A DNA stretch of 64,000 bases, taken from Clostridiales bacterium. Lineage in GTDB: Bacteria > Bacillota > Clostridia > Oscillospirales > Oscillospiraceae. Below, in pieces: positions 17,951-26,971 of this stretch; position 1 is the stretch's first letter, and each line of letters opens with the position of its first letter. A program made the position numbers and the translations under genes. The stretch lies in the NCBI GenBank assembly GCA_004554585.1, contig SFLH01000008.1:21178-85177 (forward strand). The letters are read 5' to 3'. The notes under the pieces were generated by a model. It searched no databases and had not been told where the DNA came from. It saw only the letters and a list, made by a program, of their open reading frames with translations.

Positions 17951-19729
17951 ATGGCACATCCTCTCCAGGCCCTCCGGGACGCGATGGCCGAGTACCACAT
18001 CGACGCCTACCTCATCCCCACCGCCGACTTTCACGGCAGCGAATACGTGGGGGCCCACTTTGCCTGCCGGGAATACGTCTCCGGCTTCACCGGCTCTGCT
18101 GGGACCCTGCTGGTCTTTGCCAACTGGGCAGGCCTTTGGACCGACGGGCGCTACTTCCTGCAAGCAGAGGAGGAGCTGAAGGGCTCTGAAATCCGCCTGA
18201 TGAAGCAGGGCCAGCCCGGCGTGCCCACCATCGACGCCTTCCTCCGGGCCAGCCTCCAGCCGGGGCAGACCCTGGGCTTTGACGGCCGCTGCGTGGATGC
18301 CCGCGCCGGCCGGCGTTACCACCGGCTCACCCGTCAGCTGGGCGCCAAGCTCAACCACCAGGTGGACCTGGTGGGGGAGATCTGGGCCCAGCGGCCGCCC
18401 CTGTCCGCCCAGCCGGCCTGGCTGCTGGAAGAGACCTACGCCGGCGTCAGCCGCCGGGAAAAGCTGGAACAGATCCGCAGCGCCCTGGTGGCGGAGGGGC
18501 AGGATGTGCTACTGCTGACCACCCTGGAAGACATCGCGTGGCTGCTGAACCTGCGTGGGGGCGACCTGCCCAACACCCCGGTGGTGCTGGCCAACCTGGT
18601 GCTGACCCGAGAGGGCTGCACCCTGTTCGCCAACCCCGCCGTTTTTCCCGGCCAGGTGATTGACGCCCTGGAGGCCGACGGCGTGGTCCTGCGGCCCTAC
18701 GACGGCTTCTACGGCCACGTGGGCCGCCTGACCCCCGACCAGCACGTCCAGCTGGACACCCGCCGGGTGAGCACCAGCCTGCTCACCGCCATCCCCAGCG
18801 AGGTACCGGTGACCGACCGGCCCAACCCCACCGAGAGCCGCAAGGCCGTCAAGAACCCCCGGGAGATTGAGAACACCCGCCAGGCCCATCTGGCCGACGG
18901 CATCGCCCTGACCCGGTTTCTCTACTGGCTGAAAACCCAGGCGCCCCACCAGGCCGTCACAGAGCTGTCGGCCGCCGCCAAGCTGGAGGACCTGCGCCGG
19001 GAACACCCCCTCTACCTCCAGCCCAGCTTCGACCCCATCCTGGCCGCCGGGGACCACAGCGCCATCGTCCACTACTCCCCCACCCCCGCCAGCGACCGCC
19101 CCATCGGCACCGAGGGTTTCCTGCTGGCGGACACCGGGGGCCACTACTACACCGGCACCACCGACTGCACCCGGACCTATGCTCTGGGCCCCCTCACCCA
19201 GGAGCAGAAGACCCATTACACCGCCGTGCTCCGGGGCAACCTGGCCCTGTCCCAGGTAACCTTCCCCGCCGGCTGTCCCGGCAGCAGTCTGGACCTGGCC
19301 GCCCGGCAGCCCCTGTGGGAGCTGGGCCTGGACTTCAACCACGGCACCGGCCACGGGGTGGGGCACCTGCTCAGCGTCCACGAGGGGCCCCAGCGCATCC
19401 ACTGGCAGCCCACAGGCCCGCAGACCCCCCTGGCCCCGGGGATGATCACCTCGGACGAGCCGGGGCTCTACTTTGACGGGGCCTACGGCATCCGCCTGGA
19501 AAACCTGCTGCTGTGTGTGGAGAAAGCCTCCACCCCCTTCGGCCGGTTCCTGGGCTTTGAGACCCTCACCCTCACCCCCTTCGACCTGGACGCCGTCTGC
19601 CCAGAGCAGCTGTCCTGCCAGGAGCGGACGTGGCTCAACGACTACCACGCCCGGGTGTACCAGGCCATCGCCCCCCATCTGCCTTCCCAGGAGGCCGCGT
19701 GGCTCCAGACCGCCACCCGCCCCCTCTGA
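17951..19729 (+). CDS. Xaa-Pro aminopeptidase (M24B, long form with creatinase-like N-terminal domains)
   Basis: AMAEYHIDAYLIPTADFHGSEYV...FTGSAGTLLV... and C-terminal HGTGHGVGHLLSVHEGP...SDEPGLY. Confidence 0.9.
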   Translation: MAHPLQALRDAMAEYHIDAYLIPTADFHGSEYVGAHFACREYVSGFTGSAGTLLVFANWAGLWTDGRYFLQAEEELKGSEIRLMKQGQPGVPTIDAFLRASLQPGQTLGFDGRCVDARAGRRYHRLTRQLGAKLNHQVDLVGEIWAQRPPLSAQPAWLLEETYAGVSRREKLEQIRSALVAEGQDVLLLTTLEDIAWLLNLRGGDLPNTPVVLANLVLTREGCTLFANPAVFPGQVIDALEADGVVLRPYDGFYGHVGRLTPDQHVQLDTRRVSTSLLTAIPSEVPVTDRPNPTESRKAVKNPREIENTRQAHLADGIALTRFLYWLKTQAPHQAVTELSAAAKLEDLRREHPLYLQPSFDPILAAGDHSAIVHYSPTPASDRPIGTEGFLLADTGGHYYTGTTDCTRTYALGPLTQEQKTHYTAVLRGNLALSQVTFPAGCPGSSLDLAARQPLWELGLDFNHGTGHGVGHLLSVHEGPQRIHWQPTGPQTPLAPGMITSDEPGLYFDGAYGIRLENLLLCVEKASTPFGRFLGFETLTLTPFDLDAVCPEQLSCQERTWLNDYHARVYQAIAPHLPSQEAAWLQTATRPL

Positions 19730-19753
19730 TCTCTCATGCAAAGGAGCATCTCC

Positions 19754-20467
19754 ATGTCCCCATCCTCCTCCCACACCCCCACGCCCGTCCGGCCGGCGCG
19801 ATCCCAGGGCAAACGGCAGGCCCCCCGCGGGTCCTCCTCCCGGCGGCGCAGGTCTCCCTCCCCCCGGCGGCGGTGGGACCTCCACCGTCTCCTCCCCATC
19901 CTCATCCCCGCGCTGGCCCTGGTGGTCCTGCTGGGGGTGGTGGCAAACCTGGTGGGGGGCAGCCAGATGGACAAGCTGGCCCGAAACCGCACCCCCTTCT
20001 GGGTGGACAAACAGATCGTGGACATCAACGGCACCGGCCGCCGGGGCGAAAAGCTCTCCGGCGTCAACGACATTGTCATCCACTACGTGGGCAACCCCGG
20101 CACCACCGCCCAGCAGAACCACGACTTTTACAACCAGCCGGAGACCACCGTCAGCTCCCACTTCGTCATCGGCCTGGAGGGCGAGGTCATCCAGTGCATC
20201 CCCATGGACGAGAAGTCCTCGGCCAGCAACGAGCGCAACAACGACACTCTTTCCATCGAGGTCTGCCACCCGGATGCCACCGGCCAGTTCACCCAGGCCT
20301 CCTACGACAGCCTGGTCAAGCTCACCGCCTGGCTGTGCGACTACTGCGAAATTGGGCGGGACCGGGTGATCCGCCACTACGACATCACCGGCAAGGCCTG
20401 CCCCCTCTACTTCGTGGACAACCCTGATGCTTGGGCCCAGTTCCTCTCCGACGTGCAGTCCTACTGA
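19754..20467 (+). CDS. N-acetylmuramoyl-L-alanine amidase (Amidase_2/PGRP fold) with Arg/Ser/Pro-rich N terminus and TM anchor
   Basis: AGGAG SD before ATG 19754. IVIHYVGNPGTTAQQNHDFYN...SSHFVIGLEGEVIQCIP...NNDTLSIEVCH...IRHYDITGKACPLYFV. Confidence 0.85.
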   Translation: MSPSSSHTPTPVRPARSQGKRQAPRGSSSRRRRSPSPRRRWDLHRLLPILIPALALVVLLGVVANLVGGSQMDKLARNRTPFWVDKQIVDINGTGRRGEKLSGVNDIVIHYVGNPGTTAQQNHDFYNQPETTVSSHFVIGLEGEVIQCIPMDEKSSASNERNNDTLSIEVCHPDATGQFTQASYDSLVKLTAWLCDYCEIGRDRVIRHYDITGKACPLYFVDNPDAWAQFLSDVQSY

Positions 20468-20486
20468 CCGCTCCAAAACCGCCAAA

Positions 20487-20528
20487 AACGCCCCTCCCCA
20501 CCGGTTTTTGCCGGTGGGGAGGGGCGTT
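20487..20528 (-). terminator. terminator (18-bp stem), T-tract on the minus strand
   Basis: AACGCCCCTCCCCACCGG / CCGGTGGGGAGGGGCGTT. On the minus strand it is followed by TTTTTGGCGGTTTTGG. Confidence 0.6.
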
Positions 20529-20736
20529 CGCGTGGAATGCGAGCGAGGAAAACTTACCCCGAAAGGCGTACGGGTTCTCTCGGGGCGCCGGAAGAACTTC
20601 TGCAGGGTCCCTCAGCAGGGAGTCTCTCCCCCTGCAAAGCCATCCCGCAAGGCGGGGACGGCCGATCTTTGGCCAAGTATGGCTCAGGCGGCAGTTTCCC
20701 GGGGGGCACACCCCCACTCAGGGAGTCGGTCCGTTC

Positions 20737-21894
20737 TCACTCCCCGTCGTAGGCCTTCTGGAAGATGGCGATGATCTGCTCCTTGGTGGCCTTTCTGGGG
20801 TTGGTGGCGGCGGTGGCGTCTTTCATGGCGTTCTCGGCCATGATCTCAAAGTCCGCCGGGTCCACGCCCAGGGAGCGCAGGTTCTGGGGGATGCCCAGGT
20901 AGCGGCCGAAGGTCTTCAGGCCATACACGCAGGCCTCGCCGGCCTCAAAGGGGGACATGCCCTCCACGTTGATGTCCATGGCGCGGGCGATGACGCCGAA
21001 GCGCTCCAGGTTGCCGATGAGGTTGAACTCCTGGACGTAGGGCAGCAGGATGGCGTTGCACACGCCGTGGGGCAGGTTGTAGTAGCCGCCCAGCTGGTGG
21101 GCCATGGCGTGGACGTAACCCAGGGAGGCATTGTTGAAGGCAACGCCGGCCAGGTACTGGGCGTAGGCCATCTCGGAACGGGCCTTCATATAGTCGCCGT
21201 TGGCCACCGCCTGGGGCAGATAGTGGACGATCTTGTCGATGGCCTTGATGGCCGCGGCGTCGGTGAGGGGGTTGGCATCGGTGGACACATAGGCCTCTAC
21301 CGCGTGGGTCAGGGCGTCCATGCCGGTGGCTGCGGTCAGGGAGGCGGGCATGCCTACCATGAGCTCGGGGTCATTGATGGCGATGGCCGGCGTGACACGC
21401 CAGTCCACAATACACATCTTCACCTTCCGAGTGGTGTCGGTGATGATGCAGAAGCGGGTGATCTCGGAGGCGGTACCAGCGGTGGTGTTCACGGCCACCA
21501 GGGGCGGCAGGGCCTCGTGGGCCTTGTCCACGCCCTCGTAATCAGAGATCTTGCCGCCGTTGGTGGCCACCAGGCCGATGCCCTTGGCGCAGTCGTGGGA
21601 GGAACCGCCGCCCAGGGAGAGAATGCAGTCACAGCCGTTGTCGTGGTAGAACTTCTCGCCCTCCACCACGTTGGTGTCCTTGGGGTTGGGCTCGGCCTTG
21701 CCGAAGACCACGGACTCCACACCGGCGTCCTTCATGATCTTCTGGATGCGGGCGGTCATGGGGTGGGTGGCCAGGAACTCATCGGTGACGATCATGGCCT
21801 TGGTGCCGCCGACGCTCTTCATCAGGTGACCGGTCTCCTCCACGGAGCCTTCGCCAAACACGTTTCTGCTGGGTACGAAATAATAAGTGGACAT
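20737..21894 (-). CDS. iron-containing alcohol dehydrogenase (FucO/lactaldehyde reductase-like)
   Basis: MSTYYFVPSRNVFGEGSVEETGHLMKSVGGTKAMIVTDEFL...SLGGGSSHDCAKG...HAMAHQLGGYYNLPHGVCNA. Confidence 0.9.
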   Translation of the reverse strand: MSTYYFVPSRNVFGEGSVEETGHLMKSVGGTKAMIVTDEFLATHPMTARIQKIMKDAGVESVVFGKAEPNPKDTNVVEGEKFYHDNGCDCILSLGGGSSHDCAKGIGLVATNGGKISDYEGVDKAHEALPPLVAVNTTAGTASEITRFCIITDTTRKVKMCIVDWRVTPAIAINDPELMVGMPASLTAATGMDALTHAVEAYVSTDANPLTDAAAIKAIDKIVHYLPQAVANGDYMKARSEMAYAQYLAGVAFNNASLGYVHAMAHQLGGYYNLPHGVCNAILLPYVQEFNLIGNLERFGVIARAMDINVEGMSPFEAGEACVYGLKTFGRYLGIPQNLRSLGVDPADFEIMAENAMKDATAATNPRKATKEQIIAIFQKAYDGE

Positions 21895-22033
21895 TTGCGT
21901 TGCTTCCTTTCTCAAATGCTGGATTCTCAGGGCCCGCCGGGCGGGCTTCGGCAAAAATGGTTCTAAAAAAACAGGGGTGGAGAGGTTATCGCCCCTCCAC
22001 CCCCGGATGGGTCAACGGTTATGGCTGCCCGAC

Positions 22034-23527
22034 TTACTTCTGGGGATAGAAGCCGGAGGGTGTATCGTTGAGGTTGATCATGATATTCTTCTGCTGGGTG
22101 TAGTGCTCCAGGATGACCTTGTGGGTCTCACGGCCGATGCCGGACTGCTTGTAGCCACCGAAGGGTGCGCCGGCGGGAATCATATTGTAGGTGTTGACCC
22201 ACATACGGCCGGTCTCGATGGCCCGGGCCACCCGGAAGGCACGGTTGATGTCCTGGGTCCAGACCGCGCCGCCCAGACCGTAGACGGAGTCGTTGGCCAT
22301 GGCGATGACCTCTTCCTCGGTCTTAAACTTGATGACCACAGCCACGGGGCCAAAGATCTCTTCCTGGGCCACGCGCATGTTGTTGTTGGCGTTGACGATG
22401 AGGGTGGGCTTCATGAAGGCACCCTTGGCGCAGGCGCCCTCCTTGTAGGGCTCGCCGCCGCAGGCGATGGTGGCGCCCTCTTCCTTGGCCAGCTCCACAT
22501 AGGACATGATCTTTCTCAGCTGGCCCTGGTCCACCTGGGAGCCCATCTGGGTGTTGGGGTCCAGAGGATCGCCCACGGTGACGCTGTTGAAGGCCTTGAC
22601 AGCGGCCTCCACAAACTTGTCATAGATGCCCTCCTGGACAAAGACCCGGGAGCCGGCGCAGCAGACCTGGCCCTGGTTAAACAGGATGCCCAGCTGCAGG
22701 CCGTCCAAAGCACGGTCCCAGTCGCAGTCCTCGAAGAAAATGTTGGCACTCTTGCCGCCCAGCTCCAGGGTGGCGGGGATGAGCTTGTCGGCGGCCGCCT
22801 TGGCCACGTCCAGGCCAACCTCGGTGGAGCCGGTGAAGGCCAGCTTGCGGAAGCCGGGGTGGTCCAGAATATACTGGCCAGCCCGGGAGCCACCGCCGGT
22901 GACCACGTTCACCACGCCGGGAGGCAGCAGATGGCCGATGAGCTTCATGAGGGTCAGCACGCTCAGGGAGGTGGTGGAGGAGGGCTTGAAGACCACACAG
23001 TCACCGGCAGCCAGCACGGGGGCCAGCTTCCAGGCGGCCATGAGGAAGGGGAAGTTCCAAGGCACGATCTGGCCGACTACGCCGATGGGCTCGTGGAGGA
23101 TGATGTTCATGAAGTGGCCCACGTGGTCCTTCAGGACACTGGCGGAGCCTTCCTCGGTGCGCACGGCGCCGGCGAAGTACCGGAAGTGGTCGGAGGAATA
23201 GGGCACGTCGATGGTCATGGTCTCCCGGATGGGCTTGCCGTTGTCCATGGACTCGATGGTGGCCAGCAGCTCCTTGTTCTCGTCGATGATGTCGGCGATC
23301 TTCATCAGGATGTCGGCCCGCTTATCGGGTTCCAGATCCCGCCAAGCAGGGAAGGCGGCCCAGGCGGCCTGGACGGCAGCGTCCACGTCTTCCTTGGTGG
23401 CTTCGGCACACTCCGCCAGCTTCTCCCCGGTGGCGGGGTTGGTGGTGGTGAAGTACTGGCCGCCGGAGGGGGCGACCCACTTGCCGTTGATGTAAAGCTC
23501 ATACTTGGCATCCAGATTCACGTTCAT
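22034..23527 (-). CDS. NAD(P)-dependent aldehyde dehydrogenase
   Basis: MNVNLDAKYELYINGKWV...IVPWNFPFLMAAWKLAPVLAAGDCVVFKPS...ELGGKSANIFF...FNQGQVCCAGSR. GGAG SD before ATG 23527. Confidence 0.9.
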   Translation of the reverse strand: MNVNLDAKYELYINGKWVAPSGGQYFTTTNPATGEKLAECAEATKEDVDAAVQAAWAAFPAWRDLEPDKRADILMKIADIIDENKELLATIESMDNGKPIRETMTIDVPYSSDHFRYFAGAVRTEEGSASVLKDHVGHFMNIILHEPIGVVGQIVPWNFPFLMAAWKLAPVLAAGDCVVFKPSSTTSLSVLTLMKLIGHLLPPGVVNVVTGGGSRAGQYILDHPGFRKLAFTGSTEVGLDVAKAAADKLIPATLELGGKSANIFFEDCDWDRALDGLQLGILFNQGQVCCAGSRVFVQEGIYDKFVEAAVKAFNSVTVGDPLDPNTQMGSQVDQGQLRKIMSYVELAKEEGATIACGGEPYKEGACAKGAFMKPTLIVNANNNMRVAQEEIFGPVAVVIKFKTEEEVIAMANDSVYGLGGAVWTQDINRAFRVARAIETGRMWVNTYNMIPAGAPFGGYKQSGIGRETHKVILEHYTQQKNIMINLNDTPSGFYPQK

Positions 23528-23684
23528 GTTCGGTGCTCCTTTCAAAACATTGTAGCGAAACGGTTTCTATTTCCACAAATCGTTGTCTTTATTTTCTATA
23601 CTATTACCATAACACGTTTTTATTCCTTTGGGAAACACCGAAATCTGATGGCACTATCAGAAAAACTTATTACGCCAGCTGGGC

Positions 23685-24587
23685 TCACTGCCTTCGGTTG
23701 GCGGCCAGTTCCTGGCGGATGACCTGGAAAAAGTGGTCGGCGGCCACACTCACCGGGGGCAGCAGGCGCAGGGCAATGGTCCGCAGGCGGAAGGAGTCCC
23801 CCTCGATGGAAAACACACTCACATCTCGGGTGAGCTTGTTCTCCATGCCCCCGGGGATGGTGGCGATGCCCAGGCCGGCCTGGACCAGGATGGTGGCCTC
23901 CAGATAGGTCTTCACCCGCTGGATGGGGTTCTCCCCCAGCCCCAGGCGGACGAAATAGTCGGGCAGGGGTTGGTCCTGGCTCTCCTCGCTCAGGCCCTCC
24001 ACCCGGAAGATGGTCTGGCCGGCCAGCTCCGCCGGGGAGACGTACCGCCGCCCGGCCAGGGGGGTGTGGGGGCCGGTCATGAACTTGGCCCGCTCGCTGC
24101 TCAGCTCCAGCGCCTCATAATGCTCGTCCAGGCACAGGCCGTAGTCGGGGATGATGATCACATCCAGCTCCTCTTTGGTCAGGGCATCCAGCATCTCCTC
24201 CCGTCCTCCTTCCCGCAGGGTGATGGCGGACTCCGGGTAGATCTGGCGGAACTGGCGCAGAAAGCCGGGGATGCTGTCCTGGGCAAAGGGGCCGTTGATC
24301 CCCAGGCGGAGGTCCCGCTTTTCCCCGTCGGCGATGGACCGGGCCTGCTTCACCGCCCCGTTATACTGGGAGAGGACCCCCTGGCACTGGCGGGCAAAGT
24401 ATTCCCCCGCCGGGGTGAGGGAGACGGCGGCGCCCCCCCGCTCAAAGAGCTTAAAGCCCAGCTCTTCCTCAAACTGTTTGATCTGCTGGCTGATGGCCGC
24501 CTGGGCCACGAAGCACTCCCGGGCCGCTTTGGTGAAGTTCAGGTGCTTGGCCACGGACAAAAAGTATTCGATCCTGCGAAAGCTCAT
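23685..24587 (-). CDS. LysR-family transcriptional regulator
   Basis: MSFRRIEYFLSVAKHLNFTKAARECFVAQAAISQQIKQFEEELGFKLFER. GGAGAG SD before ATG 24587. Confidence 0.9.
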   Translation of the reverse strand: MSFRRIEYFLSVAKHLNFTKAARECFVAQAAISQQIKQFEEELGFKLFERGGAAVSLTPAGEYFARQCQGVLSQYNGAVKQARSIADGEKRDLRLGINGPFAQDSIPGFLRQFRQIYPESAITLREGGREEMLDALTKEELDVIIIPDYGLCLDEHYEALELSSERAKFMTGPHTPLAGRRYVSPAELAGQTIFRVEGLSEESQDQPLPDYFVRLGLGENPIQRVKTYLEATILVQAGLGIATIPGGMENKLTRDVSVFSIEGDSFRLRTIALRLLPPVSVAADHFFQVIRQELAANRRQ

Positions 24588-24681
24588 AGGCTCTCCTTTC
24601 CGAGAGGGTATCCCGCTGCCCGGGGAGGCGGCAAAACGGCGCGAAAGGCCGGCCCGAGGCGGGGCGAAAAACATCGTTCAC

Positions 24682-24723
24682 AAAAAAACCGGCGTCTCCC
24701 CATGAGGAGGCGCCGGTTTTTTC
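24682..24723. terminator. bidirectional terminator
   Basis: ACCGGCGTCTCC / GGAGGCGCCGGT (24688-24717), flanked by AAAAAAA and TTTTTT. Confidence 0.55.
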
Positions 24724-24736
24724 ACGGCAGCAGACG

Positions 24737-25171
24737 TCAGGGTTCCAGATAGTAGTCGAAGCCGTAGCAGCTCTTTTCAAAGCCGTAAATCTCATAGAAG
24801 CGGTGTGCCTGGGTGCGGGGCATGCCGGAGTCCAGCACCAGGGCCTTGCAGCCCCGGGCCTTGGCCAGTTCCTTGGCGTGGTCCATGAGCTTCACGCCGT
24901 TGCCCTTGCCCCGATCTTCCTCGTTGGTGATGATGCTGGAGACGTAGCAGGTCATGCCCGAGAGCCAGAAGGTGTTGAAATAGGCGCCGTGGCAGAAGCC
25001 GTGATACTCGTCCCCGTCCATGAGGAAGAAGGCAAAGCTATCCTCGTCAGCCAGCACGTCGGCATAGACCTTGCGAATGACTTCCTTGTCGTAGGTGTTG
25101 TAGGTCCACAGCTTTTCGATGTAGTCAAAGGCCACGTCGAAATCGGCCATGGTCGCAGTTTTGAATTCCAT
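24737..25171 (-). CDS. GNAT-family N-acetyltransferase
   Basis: 144 aa; ...VSSIITNEEDRGKGNGVKLMDHAKELAKARGCKALVLDSG...AHRFYEIYGF. Confidence 0.85.
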   Translation of the reverse strand: MEFKTATMADFDVAFDYIEKLWTYNTYDKEVIRKVYADVLADEDSFAFFLMDGDEYHGFCHGAYFNTFWLSGMTCYVSSIITNEEDRGKGNGVKLMDHAKELAKARGCKALVLDSGMPRTQAHRFYEIYGFEKSCYGFDYYLEP

Positions 25172-25464
25172 GTTCCGTCCTCCCTTTCGCAGGTGTCATA
25201 ATCTTTTGTTATTATACGCCCACCACCGGGGCCTGTCAAATCTTTTCCTGCCGTTTTCCCCATACCGCCTTTGCTTTTTTTTAGATCGATTGGGCAATAT
25301 CACAGTCTCAGGCCACGGTGTACAGGCGCACTTCCGGCTCCCTCTGTCAAAAACGCGATGACCGCCGCGGGTAAGGGGTGGGAACGCATTGACCTTTCCG
25401 GGGAAACTTGGTAGGATACACAATAGAAAAATAAAATGCTGCCGCACTTTGGAGGACGATTGCT

Positions 25465-26439
25465 ATGAAGACCCGCATCACCAAGCTCTTTGGCATTGAA
25501 TATCCCATCATCCAGGGGGCCATGCAGTGGCTGTCCAAGCCCCGGCTGGCCGCCGCGGTGTCCAACGCCGGGGGCCTGGGGACCATCAACATGACCACCT
25601 ATGAGAGCCCTGAGGCGTTCCAGGCAGACATTCAGAAGATGAAGCGCCTGACGGACAAGCCCTTCTCCGTGAACCTCTCCCTGCTGCCCGACACCAAACC
25701 CGACGGACCCATCAAGGGGTTTTTGGAGGCCATCGTGTCGGAAAAGGTCAAGATCGTGGAGACCGCCGGCAGCTCCCCCAAGCCCTTCATGGACACCCTC
25801 AAGGGCGCCGGCTGCATTGTCATGCACAAGATTCCCGACTCCCGCTTTGCCCACACCGCCCAGGAGGTGGGCTGCGATGCGGTGTGCATTGTGGGCTATG
25901 AGGGGGGCGGCCATCCCGGTATGGCGGGGGTGGGCTCCATGGTCCAGTGGCCCCTGACCACTGAGCGCTGCGACCTGCCCGTGGTGGGAGCCGGCGGCGT
26001 GTGCGACGGCCGCACCCTCTACGCCGCCCTGGCCCTGGGCCTGGACGGGGTGATGGTGGGCACCCGCTTCCTCATGGCCACGGAGACCGACATCGGCCCC
26101 CACCTGCGCCAGACGGTCATCGACGCCCGGGAGACCGACACCGTGCTCACCCAAACCAGCATCCGCAACGCCCTGCGTTCCCTGAAAACCCAGGGTGCCC
26201 TGGACATCATCGAGTTTGAGAAGGGTCACCCCACCTTTGACGAGCTCTACCCCATGATCCGGGGCACCGTCACCCGCTCGGCCTACGAGCGGGACGACCC
26301 CCAGTCGGCCCAGATCGCCATGGGCCAGGTCCTGGGGCGCATCCACGACGTGAAGCCTGCCGGCCAGATCATTCGGGAGATGGTGGAGGAGTGCCGCCAG
26401 ATGCACCGGCGGGTGAGCGGGATGCTGGTGCTGCCGTAA
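25465..26439 (+). CDS. NAD(P)H-dependent flavin oxidoreductase (nitronate monooxygenase / FabK-like)
   Basis: MKTRITKLFGIEYPIIQGAMQWLSKPRLAAAVSNAGGLGTIN...GAGGVCDGRTLYAALALGLDGVMVGTRF. Confidence 0.85.
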   Translation: MKTRITKLFGIEYPIIQGAMQWLSKPRLAAAVSNAGGLGTINMTTYESPEAFQADIQKMKRLTDKPFSVNLSLLPDTKPDGPIKGFLEAIVSEKVKIVETAGSSPKPFMDTLKGAGCIVMHKIPDSRFAHTAQEVGCDAVCIVGYEGGGHPGMAGVGSMVQWPLTTERCDLPVVGAGGVCDGRTLYAALALGLDGVMVGTRFLMATETDIGPHLRQTVIDARETDTVLTQTSIRNALRSLKTQGALDIIEFEKGHPTFDELYPMIRGTVTRSAYERDDPQSAQIAMGQVLGRIHDVKPAGQIIREMVEECRQMHRRVSGMLVLP

Positions 26440-26452
26440 GGAGGGAGCCGCC

Positions 26453-26971
26453 ATTCTTATCTATCTCCAGGTCATCGACGACCCAAAAGACCAGGACCAC
26501 TTTGTCCAGCTGTACGAGACCTACCGGGGCATGATGTTCCATGTGGCCAACCAGATTCTGCACAACGAGCAGGACGCAGAGGACGCAGTGCACGACGCGT
26601 TTTTGGCCATTGCGGAAAATATGCAAAAATTTTCTCGTTTGGAGCGTCACAAAACCAGGGCCTTCGTCGTTACTATAGTTGAAAACAAAGCCATCGATCT
26701 CTACCGCCGCAAGGCCCGCCGGATGGAAGGGCCCCTGGTGGAGGAGATCTGCGGCATCCAGCCGGAGCTGGAAGGGGGCTCACCGCTGGCCCAATGCGTG
26801 CTGCGCCTGCCCGGCCGGTACCGGGAGTTCCTGCGGCTGAAATACCAGCTGGGCTACAGCACCCGGGAGATCGCCGCCCTCATGGGCATCTCCTGGCCGG
26901 CGGCCCGGAAGCTGGAGCAGCGGACCAAGGACAAATTACGGCAGCTTTGCCAGGAGGAGGGGATTTTATGA
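26453..26971 (+). CDS. ECF-type sigma-70 family RNA polymerase sigma factor (start codon uncertain: ATT 26453 proposed; first canonical ATG is 26531)
   Basis: The frame is open and sigma-like upstream of the track start: (I)LIYLQVIDDPKDQDHFVQLYETYRGMMFHVANQILHNEQDAEDAVHDAFLAI... The C-terminal region-4 HTH is YSTREIAALMGISWPAARKLEQR. GGAGG (26440-26444) lies 8 nt before ATT. Confidence 0.6.
   Translation: MLIYLQVIDDPKDQDHFVQLYETYRGMMFHVANQILHNEQDAEDAVHDAFLAIAENMQKFSRLERHKTRAFVVTIVENKAIDLYRRKARRMEGPLVEEICGIQPELEGGSPLAQCVLRLPGRYREFLRLKYQLGYSTREIAALMGISWPAARKLEQRTKDKLRQLCQEEGIL
26644..26684 (+). promoter_or_regulatory. ECF-type promoter motif copy A, inside the sigma ORF
   Basis: GCGTCACA (26644-26651), 15 nt, TCGTTACTATAGTTGAAA (26667-26684). 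AAAAATTTT at 26625-26633. Blocks and spacing match copy B exactly. Confidence 0.45.

Noticed and set aside
20529-20736. About 200-nt GC-rich spacer between the alcohol dehydrogenase stop and its terminator as an sRNA or decayed gene
   Set aside because: Several short GC hairpins are present (for example GGGGGCACACCCCC). There is no promoter, no coding signal in any frame and no distinctive motif, so nothing can be claimed without transcript data.
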